From positions 8,628 to 72,627 of the IMG/VR virus record IMGVR_UViG_3300014205_000214: a stretch of 64,000 nt of DNA, one strand, 5' to 3'. Each line of letters starts with the position of its first letter. The stretch's first letter is position 1. This DNA is from a virus (Duplodnaviria; Caudoviricetes). A program made the translations under genes and the position numbers. The notes beneath the pieces are model-generated. The model was not told the DNA's origin. It worked only from the letters and a program-made list of their open reading frames with translations, and made no database searches. This document shows positions 8,848-18,029 of this stretch, piece after piece.

Positions 8848-9067
8848 TGTTTTTCCTTAAAATAATCTTTGTTGAAGACTTGTGTTTTATCTTGAAACCT
8901 CTATACCAATTAGAAGGATCTTTAATTATCTCTTCATTTCTGATAAGAGTAACATTATAATCTGGTAGGTCTACTGCTCTAAGTATATCAGAGTAATTTA
9001 AATTGTCAATAACAAACTCTAGAATATTATTTTCTATGTTAGACAGAATAAGTTCTTTAAGGTTCAT
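8834..9067 (-). CDS. hypothetical protein
   Basis: Packed ORF. Confidence 0.55.
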   Translation of the reverse strand: MNLKELILSNIENNILEFVIDNLNYSDILRAVDLPDYNVTLIRNEEIIKDPSNWYRGFKIKHKSSTKIILRKNNEKD

Positions 9068-9068
9068 T

Positions 9069-9449
9069 TTAATAATAGCATACTTTTTGTGTTAATTTAA
9101 TAGAGTCACAAAAAACATAACTAGCCTTATCAAGTAAGTGAGTAAATTTCTTTTTAGATTTTTTAAGTTTGCTAATTTTTTTAATAAAATCAAGAACATT
9201 ATATGTATCTATATTACCTTTTAATAAGAATATAGGTATACTTTTTGTTTTAATAACTTCGCATTCCCAAATTTCACCATTCCAATTATCGGACCATCTT
9301 TTCGCTTCTATTAAACTATCAAGACAAATTAATTGAGTTCCTTCTAAAGGTTTAGTCCATTCATCAACTTTATATTCTACACCAATTGCTGGATGAACTA
9401 AAGGGAAAAGTTTACCACCATGATTTTGAACAACTTTATAATACTTCAT
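9069..9449 (-). CDS. YYKV paralog family protein
   Basis: MKYYKVV...Y..DEW..P.EGT...WECEV...FCDSIKL. Confidence 0.7.
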   Translation of the reverse strand: MKYYKVVQNHGGKLFPLVHPAIGVEYKVDEWTKPLEGTQLICLDSLIEAKRWSDNWNGEIWECEVIKTKSIPIFLLKGNIDTYNVLDFIKKISKLKKSKKKFTHLLDKASYVFCDSIKLTQKVCYY

Positions 9450-10452
9450 TTAGTCTACTCCGAATTTCTGAAAGGTTTGTTTCTCTCACCATTCTACCAT
9501 CAACGAATACTTCTGTCAATAATCCCGTTTGTTCTTTTTCTGAAGAAACTTGATCTTCTACGAATAGTTCTCCATTCTTTTCTCCGACATAGAGTAGACC
9601 TTTAAGGGATTTCTTTTTATGGTCTGTAACTGGATCTTTAAAAATTTCAGTTGGTAAACCATTCTTTTCTACCCAAACTGCTTTTATAGCTGCTCCAAGA
9701 GCGTCTCTACTGTAATTCCTAAGAATACCACCAACTCCAATCACAAGGTTTTCAGCAGAATATCCCATAGACATTAATCGTCTTTGTGTTCTTTCGTATT
9801 TTTCATAGTACATCCCGTCACCATATATTAACCCGACAGATTCGTTTAATACTTTATAGCCTTTAGAATTAATAGTATGACCAAAAACTTTATCTAATAA
9901 TCTTAAACAACCTAACCATTGCGGAGAATTTAATTCCATATTTTCGTCGCCACAAATAACCGTTTCTTGGTCACCACTATCTGGTCTAAATACAGTTTTA
10001 CCTTTTCTAGCTAAAATTTTATCTTTAAGTCTAACAGTATATTCTGAAAATACTTTATAAACATCGTATTGATCGGAAACAATACTAACTATTCCTTCTG
10101 GATAAACATTAAGCATATTTTCAAAATAATCAAACTCATTGTCTTTACCAAAGGAACAAGCTACTGAATGTTCCGATGCCGGGACAGATAACATAATTGG
10201 CTTACTAGTATCTGCATAATAATTTTTAATAGCTAATCCCAAAGCTGGTACAGTATCACTACCAGTAAAATTTAATAAATGAGATACACCAGATAAAGCC
10301 GCACCTTCTTCTGAAGAATCTCCGCGAAATCCGAAGTCGTGTACCATAAAATCTTTTAGAAAAAACTTATCTTCGTCAACAGATTCTTCAAAAAGCTTAT
10401 TAACTAATTGTCTATACTTATATGAAGCCGTAGCTACAGTATTTAATACCAA
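9436..10452 (-). CDS. NAMPT-like/Namat, C-terminal part
   Basis: NTVAT, HDFGFRG, GSDT, ASEHS, SIVSD.YD, FRPDSG, GLIYGDG, K.SLKG. Confidence 0.85.
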   Translation of the reverse strand: MVLNTVATASYKYRQLVNKLFEESVDEDKFFLKDFMVHDFGFRGDSSEEGAALSGVSHLLNFTGSDTVPALGLAIKNYYADTSKPIMLSVPASEHSVACSFGKDNEFDYFENMLNVYPEGIVSIVSDQYDVYKVFSEYTVRLKDKILARKGKTVFRPDSGDQETVICGDENMELNSPQWLGCLRLLDKVFGHTINSKGYKVLNESVGLIYGDGMYYEKYERTQRRLMSMGYSAENLVIGVGGILRNYSRDALGAAIKAVWVEKNGLPTEIFKDPVTDHKKKSLKGLLYVGEKNGELFVEDQVSSEKEQTGLLTEVFVDGRMVRETNLSEIRSRLNEVL

Positions 10453-10871
10453 ATTTTTAAAAGTAAAGACTCAACCATTCCAACAACCCAATGATATTCT
10501 GGAATTGTATTAGTAATAGTAAATAATGGTACGCCTTTAGTGGTTACTAACCCTTCTGGCAATGACTTAATTTTTAAAGGAAAATACCCAAGATTACATA
10601 GATTATTAATTTTTTCTACCACGCCTTTTTCTGGTTTTCCAAGAATTAAAGATCTATGATAAAGAAATTCCTCTCCCATTTCTTTTGTAATCTTAGTAGA
10701 AAGATATTCTTGGAGATAGTATTGTAGCCCAAAGAATATATGTTTATCAAAATATTTATCAGACCTATTACAAAAATAGCTTGAAACAAAAGTTGTTCCA
10801 GGAGCATATTGTGACATGTGGCCCATTTTATATACATCTAGGGCTAAAAGTGGATTGTTTTTAGTTATCAT
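10443..10871 (-). CDS. NAMPT-like/Namat, N-terminal part (split by a frameshift)
   Basis: LLALDVYKMGH..QY, FFGLQY, LPEG, ends ESLLLKIWY-stop where the fold continues. Confidence 0.85.
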   Translation of the reverse strand: MITKNNPLLALDVYKMGHMSQYAPGTTFVSSYFCNRSDKYFDKHIFFGLQYYLQEYLSTKITKEMGEEFLYHRSLILGKPEKGVVEKINNLCNLGYFPLKIKSLPEGLVTTKGVPLFTITNTIPEYHWVVGMVESLLLKIWY

Positions 10872-10897
10872 AAACTATCTCCGGTTTTAGAAAAAAA

Positions 10898-10908
10898 GAG
10901 TATTTATA
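10898..10908 (+). promoter_or_regulatory. putative late promoter
   Basis: GAGTATTTATA about 40 nt upstream of the endonuclease GTG. Confidence 0.6.
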
Positions 10909-10950
10909 TATACACCCTAATATTATAATACACATACAAGGATAATACAA

Positions 10951-11934
10951 GTGAATAAAAAAGAAAGATTTAATTTATTTTTAAAAAGGGCAAATGAAAA
11001 ACATGGTGATAGATTTGATTATTCTCTGGTTGAATATAAGACTCAAAAAGATCATATTAAAATCATATGTAAAAAACACGGAATTTTTCAACAAACACCT
11101 GATAAACATCTTCAATCTAAGTATTGTTGCGATAAATGCTCTAATTTAAATAAAGGTACATACGACAGATCTAATATTAAAAAAATAAGTAAGTACAATT
11201 TGCAATACAGTAAAGAGTGTTTATTAAAAAAATTTAAAGATAGATTTACTTATGATTTTTCAAAATTTAATAATACGCATGACGGTATTGTTATATGTCG
11301 TTGTAATATACATGGAATTTTTGAGCAAAGTTTAAAACGGTTACTTTTTCATAATAATAAAAGTGGTTGTATAAAATGTGCTAATAAAAAAAGATCTGAA
11401 TCAAAAACTAAAAACTATCAAAATTTTATTAATAAAGCAAATACTATTTATGATAACCTATATGAATATCCATATAACGACTACTTTAATAGGAAAAGTA
11501 TTATAACTATAATTTGTAAAAAACATGGAGAATTTCAAAAAAGAGCACAAAAACATTTATCTGGTCAAGGATGCTTTAAATGCTGTATTGAAAAACTCAT
11601 AGAAGAAAATAAATTACCTGGAGGATATTGTGAGCAAAATTTTAAAAATAATGAAAAACTAAAAAATAAAAATGGTTGTTTATATTATTTTAAAGTGGGA
11701 AATCTTTATAAGATTGGTATTACTACTAACTTAGATAAGCGAATAGAATCTATTAAATATAAATCTAAAAAACAAATTATAAAAATATTTCTTAAAAACG
11801 ACACATTATATGACTGCTATATTTTAGAACAGGAAATATTACAAAAGTTTAACTACTGTAGGGTATATAGATCTTGGAGTACCGAGCTATTTAATGAAAA
11901 CATATTTCTAAATAAAAATTTGTGGAAATATTAA
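10951..11934 (+). CDS. putative homing endonuclease: three C-x2-HG Zn-ribbon repeats plus a C-terminal GIY-YIG/T5orf172-like domain
   Basis: CKKHG.F / CNIHG.F / CKKHGEF repeats with CxxC; LYYF...YKIGIT...R, LEQEIL, TELF. Confidence 0.7.
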   Translation: MNKKERFNLFLKRANEKHGDRFDYSLVEYKTQKDHIKIICKKHGIFQQTPDKHLQSKYCCDKCSNLNKGTYDRSNIKKISKYNLQYSKECLLKKFKDRFTYDFSKFNNTHDGIVICRCNIHGIFEQSLKRLLFHNNKSGCIKCANKKRSESKTKNYQNFINKANTIYDNLYEYPYNDYFNRKSIITIICKKHGEFQKRAQKHLSGQGCFKCCIEKLIEENKLPGGYCEQNFKNNEKLKNKNGCLYYFKVGNLYKIGITTNLDKRIESIKYKSKKQIIKIFLKNDTLYDCYILEQEILQKFNYCRVYRSWSTELFNENIFLNKNLWKY

Positions 11935-11986
11935 AATTTCTCTCCTGTTTTCTTATGAATACTACATATAATTAATCGGGAATAAT

Positions 11987-12391
11987 TTATCTACCTTCTC
12001 GGAAAGTAATAATACTTTTCCCGCCAATAACAAGATCATCACCATATATACCAAGCATTAGATCTTTTTTCAAAAGCATTTTCAGTAAAACAAATTTGAC
12101 TTCTGGATAAGTTATTTTAAAACGATCTAGAAAATCAGTAGCAGCACTTTTTTCTATAAATCCGCAAGTTCTACCAACCATATTTTCTATATAAGAATAA
12201 CTATTTTTATCTAAGAGATCGTTAACAATATCATACGGAACATAATTTTTTTGAACCTCCGGAACTTTTATTTCCGAATCCATAGCATATTCAACACCAG
12301 TGGTTGGACTATAATATTTACCATCTTCTAATACAGCAACTTTATAAACGTGAACATAATCTAGGGTTATCTTATCAACTAATTTACACAT
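11987..12391 (-). CDS. hypothetical protein, distant YYKV-like
   Basis: VYKVA...Y.SP..GVEY. Confidence 0.55.
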   Translation of the reverse strand: MCKLVDKITLDYVHVYKVAVLEDGKYYSPTTGVEYAMDSEIKVPEVQKNYVPYDIVNDLLDKNSYSYIENMVGRTCGFIEKSAATDFLDRFKITYPEVKFVLLKMLLKKDLMLGIYGDDLVIGGKSIITFREGR

Positions 12392-12401
12392 TTTTATCCC
12401 T

Positions 12402-13301
12402 TTAATAGTTTGCTAAAAATTGACTTGTATGAATTGCGTTTACACCAATCTTTTGAAGATCTAGTAAAATAGTATGATCGTCATCAATCATTGTAACATT
12501 TGAAGGATGAATAGATTCCTTTTTTAAGATATTTCTAAGCATAACAGCCTTATATTTCTTGTTTCCGATAAAATATCTATTTTTAACCTCAATATTAAAA
12601 TGTTTATCTAGCCACTCGTTTTTATCATTTAAACAGAGATTATCAGGCATTGCTGACAAAACCCTCAACTCTGCCCCATTATACTGTAGCTCTAGAAGTT
12701 TGTCAATAATTGGTTTAACAGGTTTGGTATATTTAAAGTATTCTCCAGAAATAAAATCTATACAACCATTTTCATCAATCGGTAATTGCTGGTAGGATGC
12801 AATAGTACCATCCATATCAACAAAAACATACTTATTGGTAAAATAATTAACAAATTCTACTTCGTCTACTTTAGAAACAAGATTATGTAAACATTTATTA
12901 AACTTAATAGCTTTATCAATAATGGCTTGTTCTGGTACTTTTCTAGCCCTTTCTCTATTCCTATTAAGGCAAACTTGAGCAGGAGTATCTAGAACAACTA
13001 ATTTAGTAAGATATTTATGATCCTTACAATGTTCTAAAAGTCTTAAATTATAAGAATTATTAATCCCTCCACCATCAAAGATAATATCTTCTGTATTATA
13101 CTCCATATAATTAATAAGTCTTGCTTCAGCTTGTTTTACACTCCATTCGTGAAGTATTTCTGGATTATTTGGATTATAATCTTTATGAGATTCTTTAATA
13201 GAGTCAGCACTAATTACATGAGAATGAACCTGTTTATTATTAGCAATCCAGGTACTTTTACCACTTGCTGGTAAGCCAAACATAAAAGTTACTTTATTCA
13301 T
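12402..13301 (-). CDS. polynucleotide kinase / HAD phosphatase fusion (PNKP-like)
   Basis: GLPASGKST P-loop, RN..R.RKVP lid, DMDGT HAD motif I, MIDDD. Confidence 0.85.
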   Translation of the reverse strand: MNKVTFMFGLPASGKSTWIANNKQVHSHVISADSIKESHKDYNPNNPEILHEWSVKQAEARLINYMEYNTEDIIFDGGGINNSYNLRLLEHCKDHKYLTKLVVLDTPAQVCLNRNRERARKVPEQAIIDKAIKFNKCLHNLVSKVDEVEFVNYFTNKYVFVDMDGTIASYQQLPIDENGCIDFISGEYFKYTKPVKPIIDKLLELQYNGAELRVLSAMPDNLCLNDKNEWLDKHFNIEVKNRYFIGNKKYKAVMLRNILKKESIHPSNVTMIDDDHTILLDLQKIGVNAIHTSQFLANY

Positions 13302-13546
13302 TCCTGTTTCCTAACATAAGGATCGTTACCAAAAAATATTACTGCTCCATCTTCTAAAACGTAAGAATTTGGTGGCCACTTATTAATCTTAGCATTATTA
13401 TAAACTTTATCTTTATACTCAAGAGTATATTCTATATTAGCTTTTTTAGCGTTTATTTCTTTAAAGTGATAATCTAGCCATATATGCAAACCAGTAAATA
13501 AGACTATAACCAGAATAACAAAAGTAATAAAAGTTTTAAAACCCAT
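13298..13546 (-). CDS. small N-terminally anchored membrane protein
   Basis: Single hydrophobic N-terminal helix. Confidence 0.6.
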   Translation of the reverse strand: MGFKTFITFVILVIVLFTGLHIWLDYHFKEINAKKANIEYTLEYKDKVYNNAKINKWPPNSYVLEDGAVIFFGNDPYVRKQE

Positions 13547-14307
13547 TAAAATACCTTAAATTGAGTTACTATCTTATCTTCAATATCTTTAACAGAATTA
13601 GTACAATAAATACGGTCTAATCCCAGATCAAACCCATTTAAAAAATGTCCGTGAGAAACATATAAAAATACCTTATTAGCACCTTGTTCTCTCAATTTCT
13701 CAGCCAAAATCTTAAATGTTCGTCCTCCAAGTGCAATATCATCTACTATTAGACAATTAGAGCCTTTTACATTACCTAAGACAACAAGGTTAATATTACC
13801 TTCTCTATCCCTAAACTTATTAGCAGCAACTAATTCATGATTCCATTTTTCTGCTAATTTAAAAACCTTCTTATAAGCACCAGCATCAGGGCTAACAAGA
13901 GTAACTCTACTTCTATCTTCTTTGTCAATAATATCTGTTATACTGTTATATATAAAACTATCCGGCAACATTTTAACAAAGTTATTAAGCAAAGCTTCAG
14001 GAACATCTGAGTGTGGGTCAAATACTTCAACTTGAGAAAAATTACAAGAATTAATAAACTGACAAATATTCTTAAGATCAAAAGATTCTCCTACTGAAAA
14101 CCTACGATCTGATAGTTGTCCAAACAAAGATGGAATAGTAACGCTGCAATTATATCCAAAATAATTTTTATGAGCGTCTGAAATACTTTTTAATAAAAAT
14201 AAATCTTCATATGACGAAACTCTAACAGTAAATGCTGAGCTTGATTCTGGATCAATTTTAACACTAATTTGTCCATCTGGGTATCTAGTAACTTCATAAC
14301 CTACCAT
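13546..14307 (-). CDS. ribose-phosphate pyrophosphokinase-like protein (Adps-like)
   Basis: YPDGQ..VKI, DRRF, FDPHS, VSPDAGA, K.RD..G, LIVDDIALGGRTF, SHG.F. Confidence 0.88.
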   Translation of the reverse strand: MVGYEVTRYPDGQISVKIDPESSSAFTVRVSSYEDLFLLKSISDAHKNYFGYNCSVTIPSLFGQLSDRRFSVGESFDLKNICQFINSCNFSQVEVFDPHSDVPEALLNNFVKMLPDSFIYNSITDIIDKEDRSRVTLVSPDAGAYKKVFKLAEKWNHELVAANKFRDREGNINLVVLGNVKGSNCLIVDDIALGGRTFKILAEKLREQGANKVFLYVSHGHFLNGFDLGLDRIYCTNSVKDIEDKIVTQFKVF

Positions 14308-14702
14308 ATTGGATTCCTAAATTCTTCTGGAAATAGTTTCTTGTTTTCACGTTCTAAATCTCTATCCATAGAAAAGGTTTCTTTAAAGATTTTAGTTTTA
14401 ATAGTAATTTTCTTATCTATGTTTTTACCAATTGATTTATCAAAGACGCTAACAGAGAAAGTAAAAATATCATATCCACCAGACTTTCTATGAACCGTAA
14501 TCATATCTCTTTCGGTTTCACCATTAACAAATAACCAATTTCTAACATGGTGTCTTTTATATTGATGATTGTATTCATAAAAGATTAACTGATCAAATGA
14601 ATGAACAGTTTCACCATTAACAGTTGAATATAAATGGTCATAAACAACCATATCGCAGTAAGTTGCAGCTTCCCCAATAAACATAAACAGTAATAGAAAC
14701 AT
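14301..14702 (-). CDS. hypothetical protein resembling a bacterial conserved family
   Basis: DH.Y...G...FDQLIFYE...VR.W...ETF..D.E motif. Confidence 0.5.
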   Translation of the reverse strand: MFLLLFMFIGEAATYCDMVVYDHLYSTVNGETVHSFDQLIFYEYNHQYKRHHVRNWLFVNGETERDMITVHRKSGGYDIFTFSVSVFDKSIGKNIDKKITIKTKIFKETFSMDRDLERENKKLFPEEFRNPIW

Positions 14703-14948
14703 TTAATTATCACTTGGGGTAAGAGACTCTTGAAATCTATACTTTAAATATTCCATAATAGAGCAACAAAGAATCATAATTGATCTATTTATTTCTGGGA
14801 TAAAACCAATTAATAGTAGATATCTTGTTAAAAATTTCGTAACATCAATATCTAGATCATAGATCTTCTGAGATAACTCAGATGCCGAAATATTTATATT
14901 ATCATTAACAAAGTCTTTAAAGGTTTTGGTTGGACACATAAAGTTCAA
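14703..14948 (-). CDS. hypothetical protein
   Basis: Packed ORF; start may be the ATG at 14939. Confidence 0.45.
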   Translation of the reverse strand: MNFMCPTKTFKDFVNDNINISASELSQKIYDLDIDVTKFLTRYLLLIGFIPEINRSIMILCCSIMEYLKYRFQESLTPSDN

Positions 14949-15078
14949 CTTCTTCTTGAGAAAATGTAATACCAGATTCTAAAACAATAAAAACTCCATC
15001 GTTCTTACTATTTAAGATTTGCTTTACAAAAGAACCCATCATTGGGGAATTAATACCAATTAGCAACATGTTATAACC

Positions 15079-15492
15079 TTAATAAGAGTAATCCGCATAA
15101 CCAAAATCTACCAGAACTAACTTACCGTTCTTAATACCAAAATTCTTCAAGTTTTCATCTACTACGAAATCAGAAGAATTATAAAGTTCGTCTACCAAGG
15201 AATCAATCTTTTTAGAAAACTTCTTATCAATTTCTTTGTGAGAATAAAGATTATGAAGCATTTCAACTGATTCTGTTACATATCCGTAAAACCCATCAGA
15301 ATAAACATCTTCAAAAGCTTGTGGTGCTAATCCCGACAGGAAAGCTAAATGTTGATTTCTTTTTGAATAGTCTCTTTCCGATTTGTTTTTAAACCATTTA
15401 ATTCCACGGTTTTCATTTATAGGATAAAAATAAGAGGATATACCATGTGGGCATCCCTTAATTTCAGAACTAGTAGGCAAAACTTTCAGCAT
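15079..15492 (-). CDS. minimal protein-kinase-like protein
   Basis: GIK, GLAP, D-x4-N (DENLKN), VDFG. Confidence 0.6.
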   Translation of the reverse strand: MLKVLPTSSEIKGCPHGISSYFYPINENRGIKWFKNKSERDYSKRNQHLAFLSGLAPQAFEDVYSDGFYGYVTESVEMLHNLYSHKEIDKKFSKKIDSLVDELYNSSDFVVDENLKNFGIKNGKLVLVDFGYADYSY

Positions 15493-15679
15493 TCTCTAAT
15501 TTCCGGAAAGAATATGTTTTAAGTCCATAAGTTAAATTAGAAGCTTCTCCAACGACCAGATATTCACTGTCCATGTCTGGTTCTAAAGCTTCAAGAACCG
15601 CTTGAACTTCAGCCATTGTATCACAACTAATAACCTTTTCAACTACTAAATAGTCATTTTGTACTACAACACAATACAT
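15470..15679 (-). CDS. hypothetical protein
   Basis: Packed ORF with RBS. Confidence 0.55.
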   Translation of the reverse strand: MYCVVVQNDYLVVEKVISCDTMAEVQAVLEALEPDMDSEYLVVGEASNLTYGLKTYSFRKLENAESFAY

Positions 15680-15786
15680 AGTATAATCCTTATAAGTTTT
15701 TTAGTTTAAGAAGAAAATGAATAACGAACATAAAGCCGCTACTAAGTAATATTACTGAGGCTTCAATAATCCCGAAACAAATACAA

Positions 15787-16269
15787 CTAAATAACATTAT
15801 ATTCATTTTTATTAATTGTTATCCTACTAATATTATCAATAGAATAATCTCGAAGAATTACTTCTTTACTAACCTCTTGACGACTATTATTAGCATAGTA
15901 AAACGGTTTAATCTTCTCTGAGTCTACTCTTACATTATTATCAAAGTACTCTGAATCAGCAGACTGAACCTTAAGCTCCAGATAAAACTTATCATTATAC
16001 TTTACTAAAGGACTATGAAGAATCCTTTCTCCCCAAGCTCTCTTTTCTGGTTCAAAATCTTTAGCTAAACCTTCACGTTCTCTTTGGTTATTTACAGAAT
16101 TACCATAAATAAAACCAATAAGCCCAGCTACTTTAGAAACCTTCTTTAGACTAGTAAAAGGATTACCAGCCTTAATTTTAGGAACCGTAGTAGTTTCAAT
16201 CGAAATTGTAGTAGTTCCCTTTACTTTACTTAGTAAATCAACCAGTTCTGTTTTAGTAAGTGTTTTCAT
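15787..16269 (-). CDS. conserved phage hypothetical protein
   Basis: First gene after promoter 16299-16326; Y.NSVNNQREREG...WG motif. Confidence 0.7.
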   Translation of the reverse strand: MKTLTKTELVDLLSKVKGTTTISIETTTVPKIKAGNPFTSLKKVSKVAGLIGFIYGNSVNNQREREGLAKDFEPEKRAWGERILHSPLVKYNDKFYLELKVQSADSEYFDNNVRVDSEKIKPFYYANNSRQEVSKEVILRDYSIDNISRITINKNEYNVI

Positions 16270-16306
16270 AATAATCCTTTTGGGTGAGTGATAGGTATAT
16301 TATACT

Positions 16307-16783
16307 CTAGGCTTTAAGTTTGTCAAATTTCTTTTCTAGATCTTTTTCCATATCCTTTAAAGATTCTCGTTTATCAAACATTCGCTGAATTGTGGCTAAA
16401 GGAACATTATGTGAATTTCTTTTAGCACATTCTTCTGGATCATTTCGCCATTTAGTTTTTGGTTCGATTAATTCGAATTCATAACCATTTTTAATAGCTA
16501 ATTCCACATACTTATAAAGAGTCCAAGCATTAAGATTACAATTTCCAACGATTAATACATTCATTCCATTAAACATTGCGAGAGCAAATCTACCAAAATT
16601 CCATTCATGAGCAGCGGTAAGATAATCAAACTTCCATTGATATTGTCCATCCTTAACAAAAAAATCATCAGTAGTGAAAATTTCACAGGTTAAACTGTTA
16701 CCTAGATGTTCTTTTTTAAGCTTTTCTGCTAAAGTTGTCTTACCCGATCCTGGTAGCCCAACTGTAAATATTACTTTTTTCAT
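16307..16783 (-). CDS. P-loop kinase, N4BP2/AAA_33-like
   Basis: GLPGSGKTT, DDFF, W.N..EE...RN.HNVP..TI.RM. Confidence 0.8.
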   Translation of the reverse strand: MKKVIFTVGLPGSGKTTLAEKLKKEHLGNSLTCEIFTTDDFFVKDGQYQWKFDYLTAAHEWNFGRFALAMFNGMNVLIVGNCNLNAWTLYKYVELAIKNGYEFELIEPKTKWRNDPEECAKRNSHNVPLATIQRMFDKRESLKDMEKDLEKKFDKLKA

Positions 16784-17148
16784 GATACTTTTACTCTTTC
16801 TGATCCATTTTTGTTTATATTTACAACTACTGTATTAGTCTGATCTAGCGAAAAGATTTTTAAGAAAATATAATTTAAAATTTGAATAATAAAATATACT
16901 CTGTAAGAATGTTCTATACCTAAATTATTCATATCTAGATAACATAGATTACCTAAATACGTAATGCCACAAACAATAGAAATAACACTGAAGAATCTTT
17001 CAAGAAATCCTTTTGTTTTACATAATTGTGTAAGTAAGAGGATTAAAGAGCAAAATATAAAAGGTAGAATTAAATTACTCATCGTCTTCCTTAAAAGTTT
17101 CTTCCCACTCTTCTTTAGTAACACCAGTTTTAATAAACTCTCGTTCAT
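16780..17148 (-). CDS. membrane protein
   Basis: Three hydrophobic segments; true start probably internal. Confidence 0.5.
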   Translation of the reverse strand: MNESLLKLVLLKKSGKKLLRKTMSNLILPFIFCSLILLLTQLCKTKGFLERFFSVISIVCGITYLGNLCYLDMNNLGIEHSYRVYFIIQILNYIFLKIFSLDQTNTVVVNINKNGSERVKVS

Positions 17149-17278
17149 CTGCTGTTAAATTTGGCATAGCTACTTGAATAAGTTCGCCTTTATTCCATTT
17201 GTCAAGTTGTTCTTGAGTTACTGGAATATCTAAAGTATGGGTTTTACCTGTAAACATCGAGGTTCTTGTTATTAACAT
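17075..17278 (-). CDS. conserved small phage protein
   Basis: LIQ.AMPNL..DEREFIKTG.T.EEW. Confidence 0.7.
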   Translation of the reverse strand: MLITRTSMFTGKTHTLDIPVTQEQLDKWNKGELIQVAMPNLTADEREFIKTGVTKEEWEETFKEDDE

Positions 17279-17286
17279 AATTTTTC

Positions 17287-17598
17287 CTATTCTTCAATTA
17301 CAGATTCTGGAAATACCATATAATACCATAGCGGTAAACCGTTATATTTTTCTAGTAAAACCGCATAGTCTAACTCTGGATTGCCATCCTGAAATTGTTC
17401 AAGAGTTACATTTTTACTAGGATCTTTTAACTTAATCACATAAACAAATTTTTCAATCCATTTTGGATCTTCTTTATCCCAATTATTATAACTATAATTC
17501 GGATTTGTCATTGCATAAAAATTCCCAGAATACACAGCACAAACAGTTCCGTTAGAAACTTGTTGCCCTACTTCAAACTTTGGTTTTGTTTTTATCAT
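17287..17598 (-). CDS. hypothetical protein
   Basis: Packed ORF. Confidence 0.55.
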   Translation of the reverse strand: MIKTKPKFEVGQQVSNGTVCAVYSGNFYAMTNPNYSYNNWDKEDPKWIEKFVYVIKLKDPSKNVTLEQFQDGNPELDYAVLLEKYNGLPLWYYMVFPESVIEE

Positions 17599-17799
17599 TT
17601 ATTCGCCTATATAAATTTCTATAACTTCATCTGTAATAGTGTCTACTTCAATAGTTTTAAGTAAATAAAAAACATATCCTAAACCAAATCTACTTTCAAC
17701 TTGTTTCAATGCGTGTTCTTCATTCATAGAGACTATAGCAACAATTGTACTTAACCATTCATCTTGAGCTTCATATATATAAACTTTTGGATAACTCAT
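17599..17799 (-). CDS. hypothetical protein
   Basis: ATGA-coupled ORF. Confidence 0.55.
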   Translation of the reverse strand: MSYPKVYIYEAQDEWLSTIVAIVSMNEEHALKQVESRFGLGYVFYLLKTIEVDTITDEVIEIYIGE

Positions 17800-18029
17800 A
17801 GCATTTTCCCTATTATAACATCATCTTTAATTTTGTCAAGAAACTTTTTAGATTTACATTTGATCTTATTAGTTGTTTCAAACCAGAATATTGTAACCAT
17901 GCCAAATTCAGATACTAAGAATATTCTATGAGAAGCTTCTGTATAATGATTCTTAATTTTATACACCGAAGGAAAACCAATAGAATACTTTTTAAGTTCT
18001 TTAATTACAATGGTTAAAGAATCACTCAT
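17796..18029 (-). CDS. hypothetical protein containing an embedded promoter
   Basis: Packed ORF. Confidence 0.5.
   Translation of the reverse strand: MSDSLTIVIKELKKYSIGFPSVYKIKNHYTEASHRIFLVSEFGMVTIFWFETTNKIKCKSKKFLDKIKDDVIIGKML

Noticed and set aside
14917-15069. Apparent interrupted gene upstream of ORF 14703
   Set aside because: Careful re-reading gives an intact 50-aa ORF (MLLIGINSP...SNQNL) with no frameshift
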